Below are positions 1-11,893 of a stretch of DNA of 64,000 nt, in pieces (position 1 is the first letter of the stretch; each line of letters opens with the position of its first letter). The stretch comes from Oikopleura dioica. Taxonomy: Eukaryota; Animalia; Chordata. Both the position numbers and the translations under genes were made by a program. The stretch spans positions 14,198,001 to 14,262,000 of the forward strand of contig OU015567.1 in NCBI GenBank assembly GCA_907165135.1. The letters are read 5' to 3'. The notes below the pieces were generated by a model that did not search any database, had not been told where the DNA came from, and saw only the letters and a program-made list of their open reading frames with translations.

Positions 1-82
1 CACGAAAAGGGGATTTTTACACAAGTGATTTTCTTATAATAATATCGATTATTTGGAAAGCTAGGGCTTGATCGAAGGTGAT

Positions 83-2174
83 CTACAAGTTTATAACTCC
101 TTGTTTAGATAAAGTATTGTCGTTGATGTCGAACGAGAGCTGCCAGTTGATTTGGGAAGGACGGCCTCCCACTAGAATCAATTGTGTAATGCGCGAAGAA
201 GTTGATGAAACGGGGTTGAACGCAGGGAACTCGTTGCCTGATGGCTGTAATAGTTTTATTCTGAAAACGATGGTAAGAATGGGAAATGAAAGGGACCCGT
301 ACCTGAAAGGTTTTGCAACTTTAGCATTGAACATTAAATTCTCGATAGGTGCTGGATTTGTCGAATCAAAAGTGACTAACAGTACAGAGACATCACTTCT
401 GTCTGGAATTTTATTCTCTCCTCGGACAAGGATGACTCTGACTCCATCATCGTCAACAAGAGTTCTTGTCGTCGAAGAAGCCTGGAAATCAGCGAGATTG
501 ACTTTGATTCCCGTCAAAGCCGCCACTTCGGATGGAGTTGGGCAGACAGCAATTTGGGGACTTGCTTGGCTCGTCATGGCGGATACAGAAGGTGCTGATG
601 GATTAATATCGAGCAGAGTTGGCTGACTGAAAATTTTGCTAGAACTTCAGTAATCATCAAAATCGACGGGTAAAGGCAAAATTGTTAGCTGATGATAAAT
701 GCATGCATAAATGAACAAAATCCTTTATAAAAACTACCTCTGCCAAGGATCGTAGCTAATAAATTGATTACGAGAAAATTCGTGAGACTTACGGTGCTCC
801 TCCTATTGGAGAGGACCCAAATATGCTGTTCAGAGTTTTCAAATCGTCGATCACATTTCCACTACTTTGAGCTGGTCTGTTCGATGGAGGATCGTCCTCG
901 AGGCCGAGAAGATTCAAGTCGACGCCGAGGTCGTGGAGGCGAGAAGTTTGGGTATCAGGACTTGATGTTGCAGTGAGGCCAGATGATGGAACGCTGCTGC
1001 CATTTGAAGTTGGCGTAGAAGCGCTAGAATGCAATAATAGGGAGGAAATATGAGAAAGAATTTACTTCGAAAGCTCCACTACATCGGGGTATTTATCTTT
1101 CACGACATTGATGACTCGATTGACTTCATCTGTTAACCTGAGGACCGCCATCAACTCATCGTTGTTTTCATTTGCTTCTGACGCGAGACGGAAGAGCTGT
1201 GGCCTCATTGATTCCAAGTCCGAATAGACTGTTGCCATCGCCGATTTCGCTCTTTATTCAGAGTGTTAAAAAATGAGAGAAGAACTTGGCCTTACGTAGC
1301 TCCAGCAGCAATCATATCATCCATGAGCATGTATTTTTCCTTCGCTTCTGTCATCAAAAGCATCTTGCGCGCCTCTCGCTCGGTCTTTTTACTGTCTTGC
1401 TCGTACATGGTTTTGATCATTTCATTTGCAAGGGCGATGTCTTCTGGATTCTTGGACGCAAGAAGTTCCGCCAGTCGCTTTTCCTCAGCATCGTCTTTTA
1501 TTAATGCGCACCTGAACAATGTTTCAACACTGACTTTGATTAAATTGGTACCTTTCTTTTGGTTGAGGAGTAGGGAGAAATCGTCTGTCGTCAAATTTTG
1601 GGTCCTTTTTGACGATGCCTTGTTTCTTCAGCATTGAATACGCATCAGCAATCTTTATTTGATCTAAAGTCAAAGTCAGTAGCTGTAAGAATAAGAAAGG
1701 CTCAACCTTTTAATGCAATAGTCCAGCCATACATCAATTCAATAATTCTAGTTTTAACCTGCGGTGATGACCTAAAAACAACATTAAATTTGATCGAGTG
1801 GCTTTTCTTTATGAGTTTACCTTGGTCCAAGATATTTTGGAGAGACAACGCGGATAAGTTCATTTAAAAATCTATATTTTCCGATTTCATTGTGAAAGAG
1901 TTTTCCAGAGGATCGAACGCAGATTTCCAACAGATCCAGGCCTCGGACAGCTTCTTTTTCTAACGGGCTTTGGATCTTGTAAGCCAACAATTGTTGTGCA
2001 TGAAGAGGGACGTCGGCATTTAAACTAAGAATGAAATTAAGATATATTTTTAGGTCTTGAAAAAATATAATCAAACCGAACATAAGCTGCAAATTCCTTG
2101 CCAGCAGCTTCGTCCCCCGTCAAAAACTTAGCATAGAGCCCCTCAATGTGGTCTTTCAATTCCGCGTCTCCCAT
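83..2174 (-). CDS. GGA: GGA-family clathrin adaptor (VHS, GAT and GAE domains), multi-exon
   Basis: VHS segment (LLAYKIQSPLEKEAVRGLDLLEICVRSSGKLFHNEIGKYRFLNELIRVVSPKYLG, 1817-2092), GAT segment (EEKRLAELLASKNPEDIALANEMIKTM, 1292-1594) and GAE ear (DDDGVRVILVRGENKIPDRSDVSVLLV...LLQPSGNEFPAFNP, 83-577), in the expected order. ATG at 2174. Confidence 0.92.
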
Positions 2175-2593
2175 TTATGATCAGCTCAATTCATATCTAA
2201 ATTTATCAAGAAATAAGTCTGGACATAAAAAAAAATCAGACGTCAGAGGTAAATCTCATGCAATCCTATTGACCCACTATTCTAAACATTAGCTCTTATG
2301 ATTATTTGAAAGGATAATAGAGGGCAAACTTTTGATCCTCTTATTGATGGAGCTAATTTCTGAGTAACACGCTCAATAGCTGCTTCGCCAATCGATAATA
2401 CTTTTTTGGATTTGGCGCAAATACTTTTAACCTTTGCTCGAACAACTAACTGGTGGGAGAAGAAGAAAAATAACAATCCAAAGACGGGCAGTAGACAGTT
2501 TATTGTGGGAAAAATTATCCTAAACACACTTTCGTGACAAGTGACAAAATGCATGGAAATAGTAGAAATTTTGAACTCGACAATCGATCATTT

Positions 2594-5500
2594 TTAGATG
2601 AGTCCGCCTCCCATCGTCATCACATCCTGTCGGGTGAGTTCGAGCAGCATCGGCTCGTCGAAGAACTTGTTTAAGGTGACGTCGTCGGTAAGGCCCTTTC
2701 TTCGTCGGGTCTTGATGGCGAATTCTCGCGCAAGAGCCGTGACCTAAAGATAGTAATTAATTTTACGACGGAATCAATATTCAAAGGCTCTAAGATTCTA
2801 TTTTTGGTGAGTACTTACGGGCTGTTGTTCGAGAGGTCGGATGACGACAGACTTGTCGAGTGGATCTCCAGGAACAATCTGCCAGTGGGAGAAGACCTGC
2901 GTGCAGAAGGCCTGTCCTTGGGTATGTGTTCGCAAATCAGTTTCGAAGCCGAAGGAGTCGATGGCAGGGATGAATGCCTTGATCGTGTACAACGGAGATC
3001 CAGCAATCGGCTGGTCGGATGTTACGTGACCACGACGACGGGCGAGAACGGTGTAGACAGCGGCGACGCAATCAGCGGGGGAAACGATCTCGGAGATCAA
3101 ATATGGCTCCATTAATCTAAAATGCACCTAGACACGCTCCATTGAAAGCGGGACTAACCTTGGAGTAGCCATGAGGAAGGAGGAGTAAGCGACTCGGCGA
3201 GCCGTGGGGATGATTTGACCACCACCACGAGCGAGAGGCTCGGAGGAGATGACGGCGTCGAGAATCTTGAACTTGACGTTTCGAATCGGCTCGTCGCACA
3301 AGGGACCTTCTCTCGTTCCCCACTGGAAACCTGAATTCAAGAGTTAAACCTGTCCTGTTCGCACAAAATATACCTTGAACAACACTGTCCCGGACAGATG
3401 AAAGGAGCGCCTTATCGACCTCCGACGGCAGCGTATCATCGAGCAAAATATTCGGCCCATTATTTGACGGTCCAAAACAGAGTTCGAAATCCCGCGTTTG
3501 CCCGGGGGAAGATACGGGCACGGGCAAAAAAGTGAAGATTCCCGAGGGCAAAAGCGGTCACGGGCAAAAAAACGAATTTTCCCGCGGGCCAAGCGGGCAC
3601 GGGCACAATAAAAAATATTCCCGCGGGCAAATTCGGGCACGGGCAAGATTCCCGCGAGCTTAAACAGGCACGGGCAGATTCAATGCACCTTATGAAAAAG
3701 TGTTTAAACTATTTAAATAGCGTGGAAATAGACACCAAATACTTGAGGGAGTATATTGAAAACTTATCTGCATATAGAACTGTTATGACGTGCTTTTTTA
3801 AGATTCACGAAGTTTTCCAGCCCATTTCCGCCTTATAGACCCCCGAACATTATACCTTTACAAATCAACAGAAAATTTTAAGAGCTTTAACGGTTCAAAA
3901 TTCTTGAAAACTCCACTTCCGGTCGGTTCTAGAGCCGGAAGTTGACGTAATTTAGGTGTTATGGTGAAGTGTGACCTATCAAATTGATGCTCAGACGATT
4001 TCCTATCATTTTAGACCAATAATCAAGACCAACCGCGGTAAAATAAACCGGAAAAAAGTGAAAAAAAAAATTCATCACTTTATGCCTTTTTTACATAATT
4101 TTAACGGTCGGTTTGACCAGGTTTGGGACTGTTTCTTCAGAAATATTGATTTTAGGATGAATCGAAATCTTCTGAGCATCAATTTGATAGGTCACACTAC
4201 CATTTTAACTAAATTTCGTCAACTTCCGGCTCTAGAGTCGACCGGAAGTGGAGTTCTCTAGAATTTTAAACCGTCAAAGTTTTTGAAATTTTCTGCTGAT
4301 TCTAAAAAAGTATGGTGTTCGGGGGTCTATAAGGCGGAAGTGGGCTGGAAAACTTCGTTAACCTTAAAAAAGCACGTCTATATGCAAAAATAAACTCATG
4401 GTCCATGAGCATGCAAAATGCAGAATTGTTTCGATCAGATGATGCTTCACCAACATCAATCATGTTTTCTCCAATATCATCGACACTATATCAATTATGG
4501 GCCATAATTTATGGCTTCTCCATCGCCAATTCTCGCTTCACCGACTTCAAATATGGCTTCTCCAATGTCCATCCCGGGTTCTTCGACGTCAATCCCGATT
4601 TCTCCATCGTCGATCCCGGCTTCATCCATCTCCATCTCGGCTTTTTCAACGCCAATTTTATCTTGAAGAAGCCATGATCGACATTCGAGAAGCGATGATC
4701 AGTGTTTGAAAAAATGGTGAGTGCGAGCCACGAGCGAGCGCGAGTTGGAGATTTAGCAGTAGAAAAAAATGTTCCCCCGGGCTACCCTCGGGAATATTTC
4801 GTGCGGGAACGCGGGCAAACCGCCCGTGCCCGTTTATGCCCGCGGGAATCTTCTCATTCATGCCCGTGCCCGTATCTGCCCGCGGGAAAATTTGTTATAG
4901 TGCCCGTGCCCGCTTGGCTCGCGGGAAAATTCGTTTTTGTGCCCGTGACCGTTTTTGCCCCCGGGAATCTTAAATATTCTGCCCGTGCCCGCCCGCCCGC
5001 CGCCCCCTTGCCCGGGAGCCGCAAAAATTTCGAACTCTGGTCCAAAAGCCCAGATCGATCTGGCAGCGAGTAGATCCCAGTCGTACTTTTCTCTGAAGAA
5101 GTTGCCTATCGTTTTCTTATCCATGCCAATGTTGACTTTGTTCGTTTCGATGTCCTCGGCGAGGCCCTTTTCCATCGGCTCGCAAATCATTGTGATCTTG
5201 TTCTTTCGATTAGGGGTTTCGGCAAAGCACTTCAATTGGGAAGTTTCGACGACAGTTTCGCAGAAGCTCACAACAGGGTCGGCTACCTGAAGGTAATCGT
5301 AAAAAAGGGAAAAATCTCCATTGCGATTTACCTTGACGTCGATATCCGAATACATCTTGCGCAAATCGTGCATCACGCAATCGAGATGAAGCTCTCCCGT
5401 TCCAAGAATGACGTGCTCACCGGATTCCTCAACTCGTGTTTTCACCATTGGGTAACTCTTGTTCACTTTTCGCAGGGCGTCAAGCATCTTCGGCAGCTCG

Positions 5501-7562
5501 GAAGGATTGATCGGCTCGCAGGCAATTTTCATAACCGAAATGCTGTTGTGCTTCAGTGGCGAGAAAATCTCGGCTGAAAAAGGATCAAACTTTAATTCTC
5601 AAAAATTTTGTACCATCGCAGCAATCCTCAGAGATTCCAACAACAGTCGCGGTCTTTGAAATCGGCTCATCAATTCCTTCAATCAGTACCATCGATCCTT
5701 GAAAAAATAAGAGCTAGAAAAGAATAGAAAAACAAACCAGCAGGAACTCGATCGACCTCGCAGGTGTACCGCGCTTGAGTAATCCACAGTCGTCCACATC
5801 GCATAATTCGCGAGTCTTCCTCGTCGTCAAGGGAGTAGTTCTCGCCGAGGATCTTTACTTCGCTATGAGAGTTGATGGTTCCTGAGATAACTCGTCCATA
5901 CGCATTGAATCTTTTTCGTGGTCAAAAATGAAAGTCTAAGTAGACGTTGTTTTCATGATTTATGACCATTTTCCTTGTAGCATCATCAGTAGAAAACATC
6001 TTCGTAACGTAAACAACCAGTGGTCCATTCGTATCGCACTTGACAACGTCTTGGGCGAAATCCGACTTCATCGTTCCAGCATACGCATCCTGCATTATTC
6101 TTCCATTTCCTTCCTTCGCCGAGGGAACCTTTTCAGCAATCATCTCCACAAAACTCGAAAAGTCACCAAAGAATCGAGAACAGACGATTCTCAGAAGCGG
6201 CCTGATGTTCATCTTCAACTCCGTCTTCGACAGTCGAATTCCGAGCTGCTCAACAGTCTCTGCTAGAGAAGTATCAACGTCTCCAATGGTTTGGGCGAAG
6301 ATCTTGTAGAGGGGCTCGAGAATCCACTGGACGAAGCTGCGGACAGACTCGGAAGATGATTTTTCCTTCTGGAACTTGCGAGTTTTCGGGTTGAAATAGA
6401 TGTCTCCCCAAAGACGCTCGGCGAGTTTTGAAGCTTGGAAAGAGCTGCCGTGCGAATCAGAGTAAATCTCCGCGAATGTATGGAGATTGAAGCAGAAAGA
6501 AAACTCCGGAGAAGCGAAGATGATGTTCTTCTTCAATGGGGAGATGAGTTCGAGATCGTCTCCAGCGTGAGTTTTGATCAACGCGTTGACTTCGTCGATG
6601 ACTTGCTTGATTTTGTAGTAAGCGTCTTCTGGTGGAAGCTTGAGCTCGATGATCAGTCGGTCAATTTTGTTGAGGCAGAGCGTGATGGGGATCTTCTGCT
6701 GGCATATGTGTTGGATCAGCCGCTCTGTGGACATCATTACTCCCTCCGCGACATCGACGAAGAGAACGACGCCGTCGACGATTCTCAGCGCTGCGGAGAC
6801 CTCGCCGGTGAAATTCACGTGGCCGGGAGTGTCGATCATGTTGAGCACGTAGTTCTTGCCTTTGGTGTTTGGCAGGAGCATTGTAAACGGAGTGCATTTG
6901 ATCGAACAGCCTCGTTCGCGCTCGGTGTGCAGGGTGTCGTTGTAGCGCGTGTTTCGCTGAGGATTCTTCTCGCAAGGATCGTGTCTGATCACATCTTTGT
7001 GCGTTTCTTCCCAGAGGCAGTCGCAGAAAGCCGTCTTTCCCGTATGCAGAGCTCCTACCATCGCAATGTTTCGCACCAAGTTAGGCTCGTCCAGCATTTG
7101 CGTCATGTAGTTGAAGTCGAACGTAGTTTCCGGAAGAGATTGTTCAACAAGAGCGAACTTTTTCACTTTGAGCGGCTTGACGATGGCTTCCGAGAGGGGC
7201 TGGGTGTCTTCTTCTTCGACCATTGTTTCGACTCCTGGGCCGTAGACTTCCTCATGCGATGGGTAGTACTTCTTGTCTTCGTGCAGAACGATCTGAACAA
7301 AGGGATTAAATTTGGTGGTTAACTTCTGACCAAAAATCATGTTTTCTCTAGAACTGGTTCTGAATCTGGTGACTGAAAGTCTTTTAGTAAATCGTACCTG
7401 CATGGATTCATCTTCATGAGTTTCTTCAGTACCCTCAATGGCGAGAGCCTCCTGCGCTAGAATCGGCTGCTCCTCTTCTTCCTCCAATTCCGGCTCCGAA
7501 TCGGAACTGTCCAGCTCCGGACCGATATAATTTCCGAACTCGTCATAATTCTCCGGATCCAT
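2594..7562 (-). CDS. EFTUD2: U5 snRNP 116-kDa GTPase (Snu114), multi-exon; one exon interrupted by a transposon at 3478-5039
   Basis: [18 protein letters not shown]-terminus, G-motifs ([20 protein letters not shown]), [43 protein letters not shown] and C-terminal LARDF-like [13 protein letters not shown]. Stop at 2594-2596. Confidence 0.97.
3787..4378. mobile_element. Foldback/MITE-like element with long imperfect inverted arms, nested in the hAT element
   Basis: GACGTGCTTTTTTAAG...AGTTTTCCAGCCCATTTCCGCCTTATAGACCCCCGAACA (from 3787) mirrors TGTTCGGGGGTCTATAAGGCGGAAGTGGGCTGGAAAACT...CTTAAAAAAGCACGTC (to 4378); arms of roughly 220 bp. TSD ambiguous. Confidence 0.8.
4440..4709. repeat. Degenerate 21-bp tandem repeat with acidic heptad coding potential
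   Basis: Units such as TCCCGGGTTCTTCGACGTCAA / TCCCGATTTCTCCATCGTCGA / TCCCGGCTTCATCCATCTCCA recur with a 21-nt period; the minus strand reads [28 protein letters not shown]. Confidence 0.7.
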
Positions 7563-7840
7563 TCTAAAAGAAGTTCATAGTCTCTAGTTCAGAAAGATAA
7601 CTCAGCCATTCAAAAAATAGAAATAAATTCAACTTTTCAAGTAAAGCGGCGCGCGGGCTCCAATTGGACGAAATATGAAAGTGGACGGTTAAAGGGAGAG
7701 AAATGATTTTGGCGGCGGTAAGAGGTGATTTCGGTTTTCTAATTGATTTTATTGATGTTACTATAATAATGCATTATCTCGAATTTAACGGATTTATATA
7801 AATTTTGTTTCGTTATATTTTTACTTCGAGACCCTCTTGA
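7563..7840. promoter_or_regulatory. Probable bidirectional promoter between EFTUD2 and the FAM173 gene
   Basis: Short divergent intergenic region with a GC-rich GCGGCGCGCGGG box, a CCAATTGG motif and an E2F-like TTTTGGCGGCGG motif. Confidence 0.45.
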
Positions 7841-7904
7841 TGAATCTCAAATCCGTTAAAATGCGGACTTCCTATTTTATTTTTTTATAAAATTTCAATT
7901 TCAG

Positions 7905-8562
7905 CTTCATCTGTTGGTTTGAAAATCGCAGCTGGATTTGGTGGAACTGCTTTGGCGATAACCGCGGTTTGCGTTCCTTTTGTCGCTCCTGGTCTCAAGA
8001 AACATGCTCTTCCCTTCATTCCAGCGACAGAACTCCAACTCGAGAATATCAAGACAGCCTTGGAGAAACACGGGACGGAGAGGGATTTGATTGATATTGG
8101 CTCTGGTGATGGAAGGTAAAGATTTTAAATTCGACGAAGAAATTGAACGCATTTCTTAGAATAACTCGAATGGCGGCTGAAATGGAGAAATTTCCACTTT
8201 GCTGGGGCATCGAAATCAATCGCTGGCTGGTTTATTATTCTAGCGTTAAATCGCTCCTTTCCGGTCAGTCATCTTCGACGCGCTTTTTCAAGTCCGATCT
8301 TTGGAAGCACAATTTCGACAAATACGGCAACATCGTAATTTTCGGCGTTGGCCCAATGATGGCCGATTTGGAAGATAAATTATTTGCGGAAATCGACGGG
8401 GACGCGAAGATTATTGCATGCCGCTTTAAATTTCCAAATAAAAAGCCGATAGACACGATCGGCCGCGGCATAGACACTGTCTGGGTCTATGATCTTAATA
8501 CTGTAGTTCTGTACAAATACAATGTGCAGCTCAAAATAGCGCCTGGGCATCCTTACTTGTAA
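7905..8562 (+). CDS. ATPSCKMT: FAM173-family mitochondrial lysine methyltransferase (ATP synthase c-subunit KMT-like); true 5' end uncertain
   Basis: PFVAPGLKKHALPFIPATELQLENI, LIDIGSGDGR (SAM motif I), GIEINRWLVYYS, SDLWKHNFDKYGNIVIFGVGPMM, IACRFKFP and GIDTVWVYD match FAM173A/B. Intron after 8115. Confidence 0.9.
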
Positions 8563-8617
8563 ACTATTTTTATGCTTTTGCTTTTGAAAATATTTTTCTG
8601 AAAAAATCAATCAATTC

Positions 8618-8972
8618 CATGGCTGTTGATTTCGAGTCCTTTGGTTTTACCCGGCATTTTTTTCCGGGCAACTCGCAGATTTTTCTACGGGTTACTCGCG
8701 CGGAGACCCGTCCGAGTAGATCGAGTAAATGAGTAAAGGATAATCGCGAGCTACTCGCGAAAATTTCGCCTAGAAAAAATAAAATTCGCTCGTCTGATTG
8801 GCTCGAGAAAAAGGGTTGCGGGTAATCGCGAGCTACTCGGCGGAAAGGAGAAAACAAGTAGCGCGGGTAGCCCGTGAAAAGACTCTCCGTGCGAGTAACC
8901 CGCTAAAAAATCTGCGGGTTGCCCGGAAAAAAATGCCGGGTAAAACCAAAGGACTCGAAATCAACAGCCATG
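8618..8972. mobile_element. hAT-like MITE (355 bp), intergenic
   Basis: About 88-bp near-perfect TIR starting CATGGCTGTTGATTTCGAGTCCTTTGGTTTTACCCGGC; 8-bp TSD ATCAATTC at 8610-8617 and 8973-8980. Confidence 0.92.
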
Positions 8973-9271
8973 ATCAATTCATTAAAACTTCCGCCAAAGC
9001 TCTTGACCAAATAATCGATTAATTTCTAATTTCTATCAACGGTCAAATTTAAGACTGCTCATTTCGGATAATCCAATCGACCGGGGATCGTCTTCCTTTC
9101 TCAACTTGACTTGCTCCCAATTCTCCCCCCATTCCACCAGAACGATCAAAAAGAACGCCGGTGGAACAAACCAGAATACTGAAAAGAGAACAGTTCAGAA
9201 TACAAACCCTCTTTTTTATTTCCGGGCGAAGGACTACTTGATTGAAAACCAGCCAAGCGAGGAGAGAAAAT

Positions 9272-11845
9272 ATGCTCAGAAAAGCAGCGCAGGTGGGTGA
9301 TTTGTGGAACAGCAAATAACTGCCGCCTTCTTTTTTTGGGCCATGTTTATATTTTGCCACATTTTTAGATTTGCAGCAGCAGAAAGAAGCTCATTCTTTC
9401 GGCGAGAATTTGCGAAAAGGATGGAAATCAAGGAAGAGGAAATCAGAAGAGCCCAGAAGAGAAGAGAAAAGCGTCAATGGAGGAGGCACAGAAAATCCTC
9501 GATCAAATCTTTGAAACTACTTCCATGATGAAAGGACAGGTAAAAATCTAGGGCCCATTCATAAATGGCGAAATCGAGGCTATTTCGTACTGAAAAACGG
9601 AATTAAGACCACCCACTGTTTTTAAAAACAAAAATTTACATTTTAATAGAAAAAAAGCTTCAAAAGTCTTCTTCTATCGATAGTAAAAAGTCGATTTCCT
9701 TGATGATTATTGTTTTTTTCATTTTTATAATATGGTTCAGGTGAGTTGGCGCTTCATAATTCGTAATTACGACGCGTGAATAACGCAGGAAATCGTAAAA
9801 GTTAATTTTAGCGACTAAGAAAAGCGAAGTTTAAATATATAAAATCATTTTTTATCACAAGAGGTTTACTGTACTGATAAATGAAGTGGATATGATAATT
9901 TGTTGGATTGGGTCCATCTTCAATATGTTTGCCTTTGAGCCTCGATGACCATAAACCGCGGCGCGTATGTTTTGTCTCTCCCACAAAGGAAATGTTTACT
10001 GCCGAAATCAATAAGAGCTTTTTCGGGAGCAATTAAGACCACTGCTCATCAGACAGAGAAAGAAGAAGACTGAGAAATTAAAGGTGAACTTTAGGTGAAA
10101 TCAACGAAGACGCGCGAGGCTAAAGCGGATTTGGGACAGATTAAAGAACTCGAACTTCTCACGCAAGGATTAGCTTCCCATGAAACCGGTAAGGTTTCAC
10201 AGCCAATGGGGCAGTAATATGGGGAGATATGAGAAACAGAAAAATACTAAACCATTGATTTTTTTCGCTAAATAATCAAGATCGAAGTTGAAGAGATTTT
10301 AAATAAGAGAAATTTCGATATTTTTTTTATTTCGTCAAAAAATCGGATCATCCCTTTTTCGAGTTCAAAAAGAATTGTTACAAATATGTTTGAAAAGGAA
10401 AGATCATCAAGTTTTATGTTGATTATTTTCGAAAAAAATCAATATTTTGATGAATTGATAAATATGGGAAAGTCTTCTTCTTTTAATGAATTATTCAGTT
10501 TGCTACTTTGACCCCGCTGAGGTGGAAGAAAACAGAAAAAGAGACAAAATAGGCGCGCCGAAACTTCAAAAGTTCCTCGCCGGTAAGAAATCCCTCAGAA
10601 GAAGAGATTTGGCGATTCTAGAGACAATAAACAGGAGTTAGAGTGTTTGTTTAGACAGATACAAAACATTTCAAAACGAGTGTTACGACGATGGCTGGAA
10701 CAAAAAGTACGCCGCTGTTCAAGAGGGAAGATCTGTTTCGCTGCCAACTACTAATGAAGAGGTTTGTCAGAGAAATACTCAGAGATAATGCAATAAATCA
10801 AGATCGTTTGTTTTATATTTTCCCAAAAAATAGCAAAGAGCAATTACGGCTCTTTCGCGCGATTACCAAATTTACTTACTTTTTAGGGCGCCCGTCATAA
10901 AGAATACGCCGGCGATTGGCGGGACCACGTCTTCACGGAAAAGTATCTAAAGGGCATCCCAAAAGACGGAGCGATCGGGCTCTTCATGGAATCTGCTGCC
11001 TATGGTCTTTCGCAAAACCCTTTTTATACGGTGGACGAGAAAAAGGAGCATTTGGAGTTTTTCCGGCAATATTTTGTTAATTACGAAGACGATTTGGTGA
11101 ATTTGGATGCTATTGAACCTGGTCTAATGAAAGCTACAGGTAATCAACTCAGAATTTGATACATTTTTTCGAGTAAAAAGAAGCCGCAAGAATCTTATTA
11201 TAAGATCGAAGTTTTAACCCAAATTTAGATCCAATAAAACAGGATTTTTTTAAGTGTGCCCAAGAATTTTCGTAACTTTTGATTGGGTTAATATAATTAC
11301 AATCTGTAACTTGCAGAATGTAGCCGGGTATAAGTTTACTCATTTTAGATAGAGTTGGTGTCAATATCTTTTCTGGTGGTGGAGTTATGACGTCATAAAA
11401 ATGCATTATAAAAGGGGGCCTTCAACTTTGTTACGTCATAACTCCACCTTCACTGGTGCAAATATCACCAAAAGCTTATTTAACACACTACAGACCCTCT
11501 CCAACAAGGTGCAAAAGAGAGAATTCAAATATCTCGACTCTAACACCTTCAAAAACGCTCCACCATTTTTGGGCACACTTAAAAAAAACCTGTTTAATCT
11601 CTACAACTCAAAATGAAGAAGGCAAAGAAGTCTGGCCGACGGAAAAAGTCGTGATGGAGCGATACAAAGAAATGTCTCCCTGGTCCCAAGATAATATCGG
11701 AGGCCACTCTTGGAAGAAAGAATGGGTCGACAAGGAGAAAGGACCAATGCGCTACAGAATTTGGCAGCGAAGATTGCATTTGGCCAAGCTCGAAACGGCG
11801 GAGAAAACTGCTGATACTTCTAAAGACGAACTTCTTGCTGACTAA
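9272..11845 (+). CDS. MRPS31: Mitochondrial ribosomal protein mS31, multi-exon; last exon (about 11620-11845) tentative
   Basis: Presequence-like MLRKAAQ|ICSSRKKLILSAR; exon 10887-11139 encodes WRDHVFTEKYLKGIPKDGAIGLFMESAAYGLSQNPFYTVDEKKEHLEFFRQYF, matching the conserved mS31 C-terminal block (HIFLEKHL..FP..GPIRHFMELV..GLSKNPY...K.EHI.WFR.YF). Confidence 0.82.
10255..10443. mobile_element. Small degenerate inverted-repeat element in an MRPS31 intron
   Basis: ATTGATTTTTTTCGCTAAATAATCAAG mirrors TTGATTATTTTCGAAAAAAATCAAT; no clear TSD. Confidence 0.4.
11245..11587. mobile_element. Degenerate palindromic MITE in an MRPS31 intron
   Basis: TTTTTTTAAGTGTGCCCAA (11245) / TTGGGCACACTTAAAAAAA (to 11587), plus an inner perfect 16-bp pair GGTGGAGTTATGACGT (11378) / ACGTCATAACTCCACC (11433). 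Confidence 0.6.
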
Positions 11846-11893
11846 AATTTTAATCATTTTCAGAAGCTAATCGTTGATTTCTTCAGAATAGAA

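Larger units (their letters stand above)
3478..5039. mobile_element. Non-autonomous hAT-like DNA transposon (1562 bp) inserted in an EFTUD2 coding exon
   Basis: 13-bp TIR CAGAGTTCGAAAT / ATTTCGAACTCTG; 8-bp target-site duplication GTCCAAAA at 3470-3477 and 5040-5047; dense subterminal GCCCGTGCCC/CGGGCACGGG and CCCGCGGG motifs; the FGP codons are duplicated on both sides. No transposase ORF. Confidence 0.93.

Noticed and set aside
2282-2554. 90-aa ORF between EFTUD2 and GGA
   Set aside because: No recognisable motif or splice structure; most likely 3' UTR or intergenic sequence.
4858-5050. GC-rich extension of the EFTUD2 ORF ([17 protein letters not shown]...)
   Set aside because: Read-through into the transposon end, not genuine coding sequence.
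6435-7322. 295-aa plus-strand ORF (and similar long antisense ORFs at 16796-17251 and 50714-51598)
   Set aside because: Antisense shadows of EFTUD2, histone H4 and the poly-Thr tract, explained by codon bias.
9601-10042. 12-bp direct repeat AATTAAGACCAC flanking about 420 bp in an MRPS31 intron
   Set aside because: No TIRs or poly-A tail found between the repeats; cannot support an element call.
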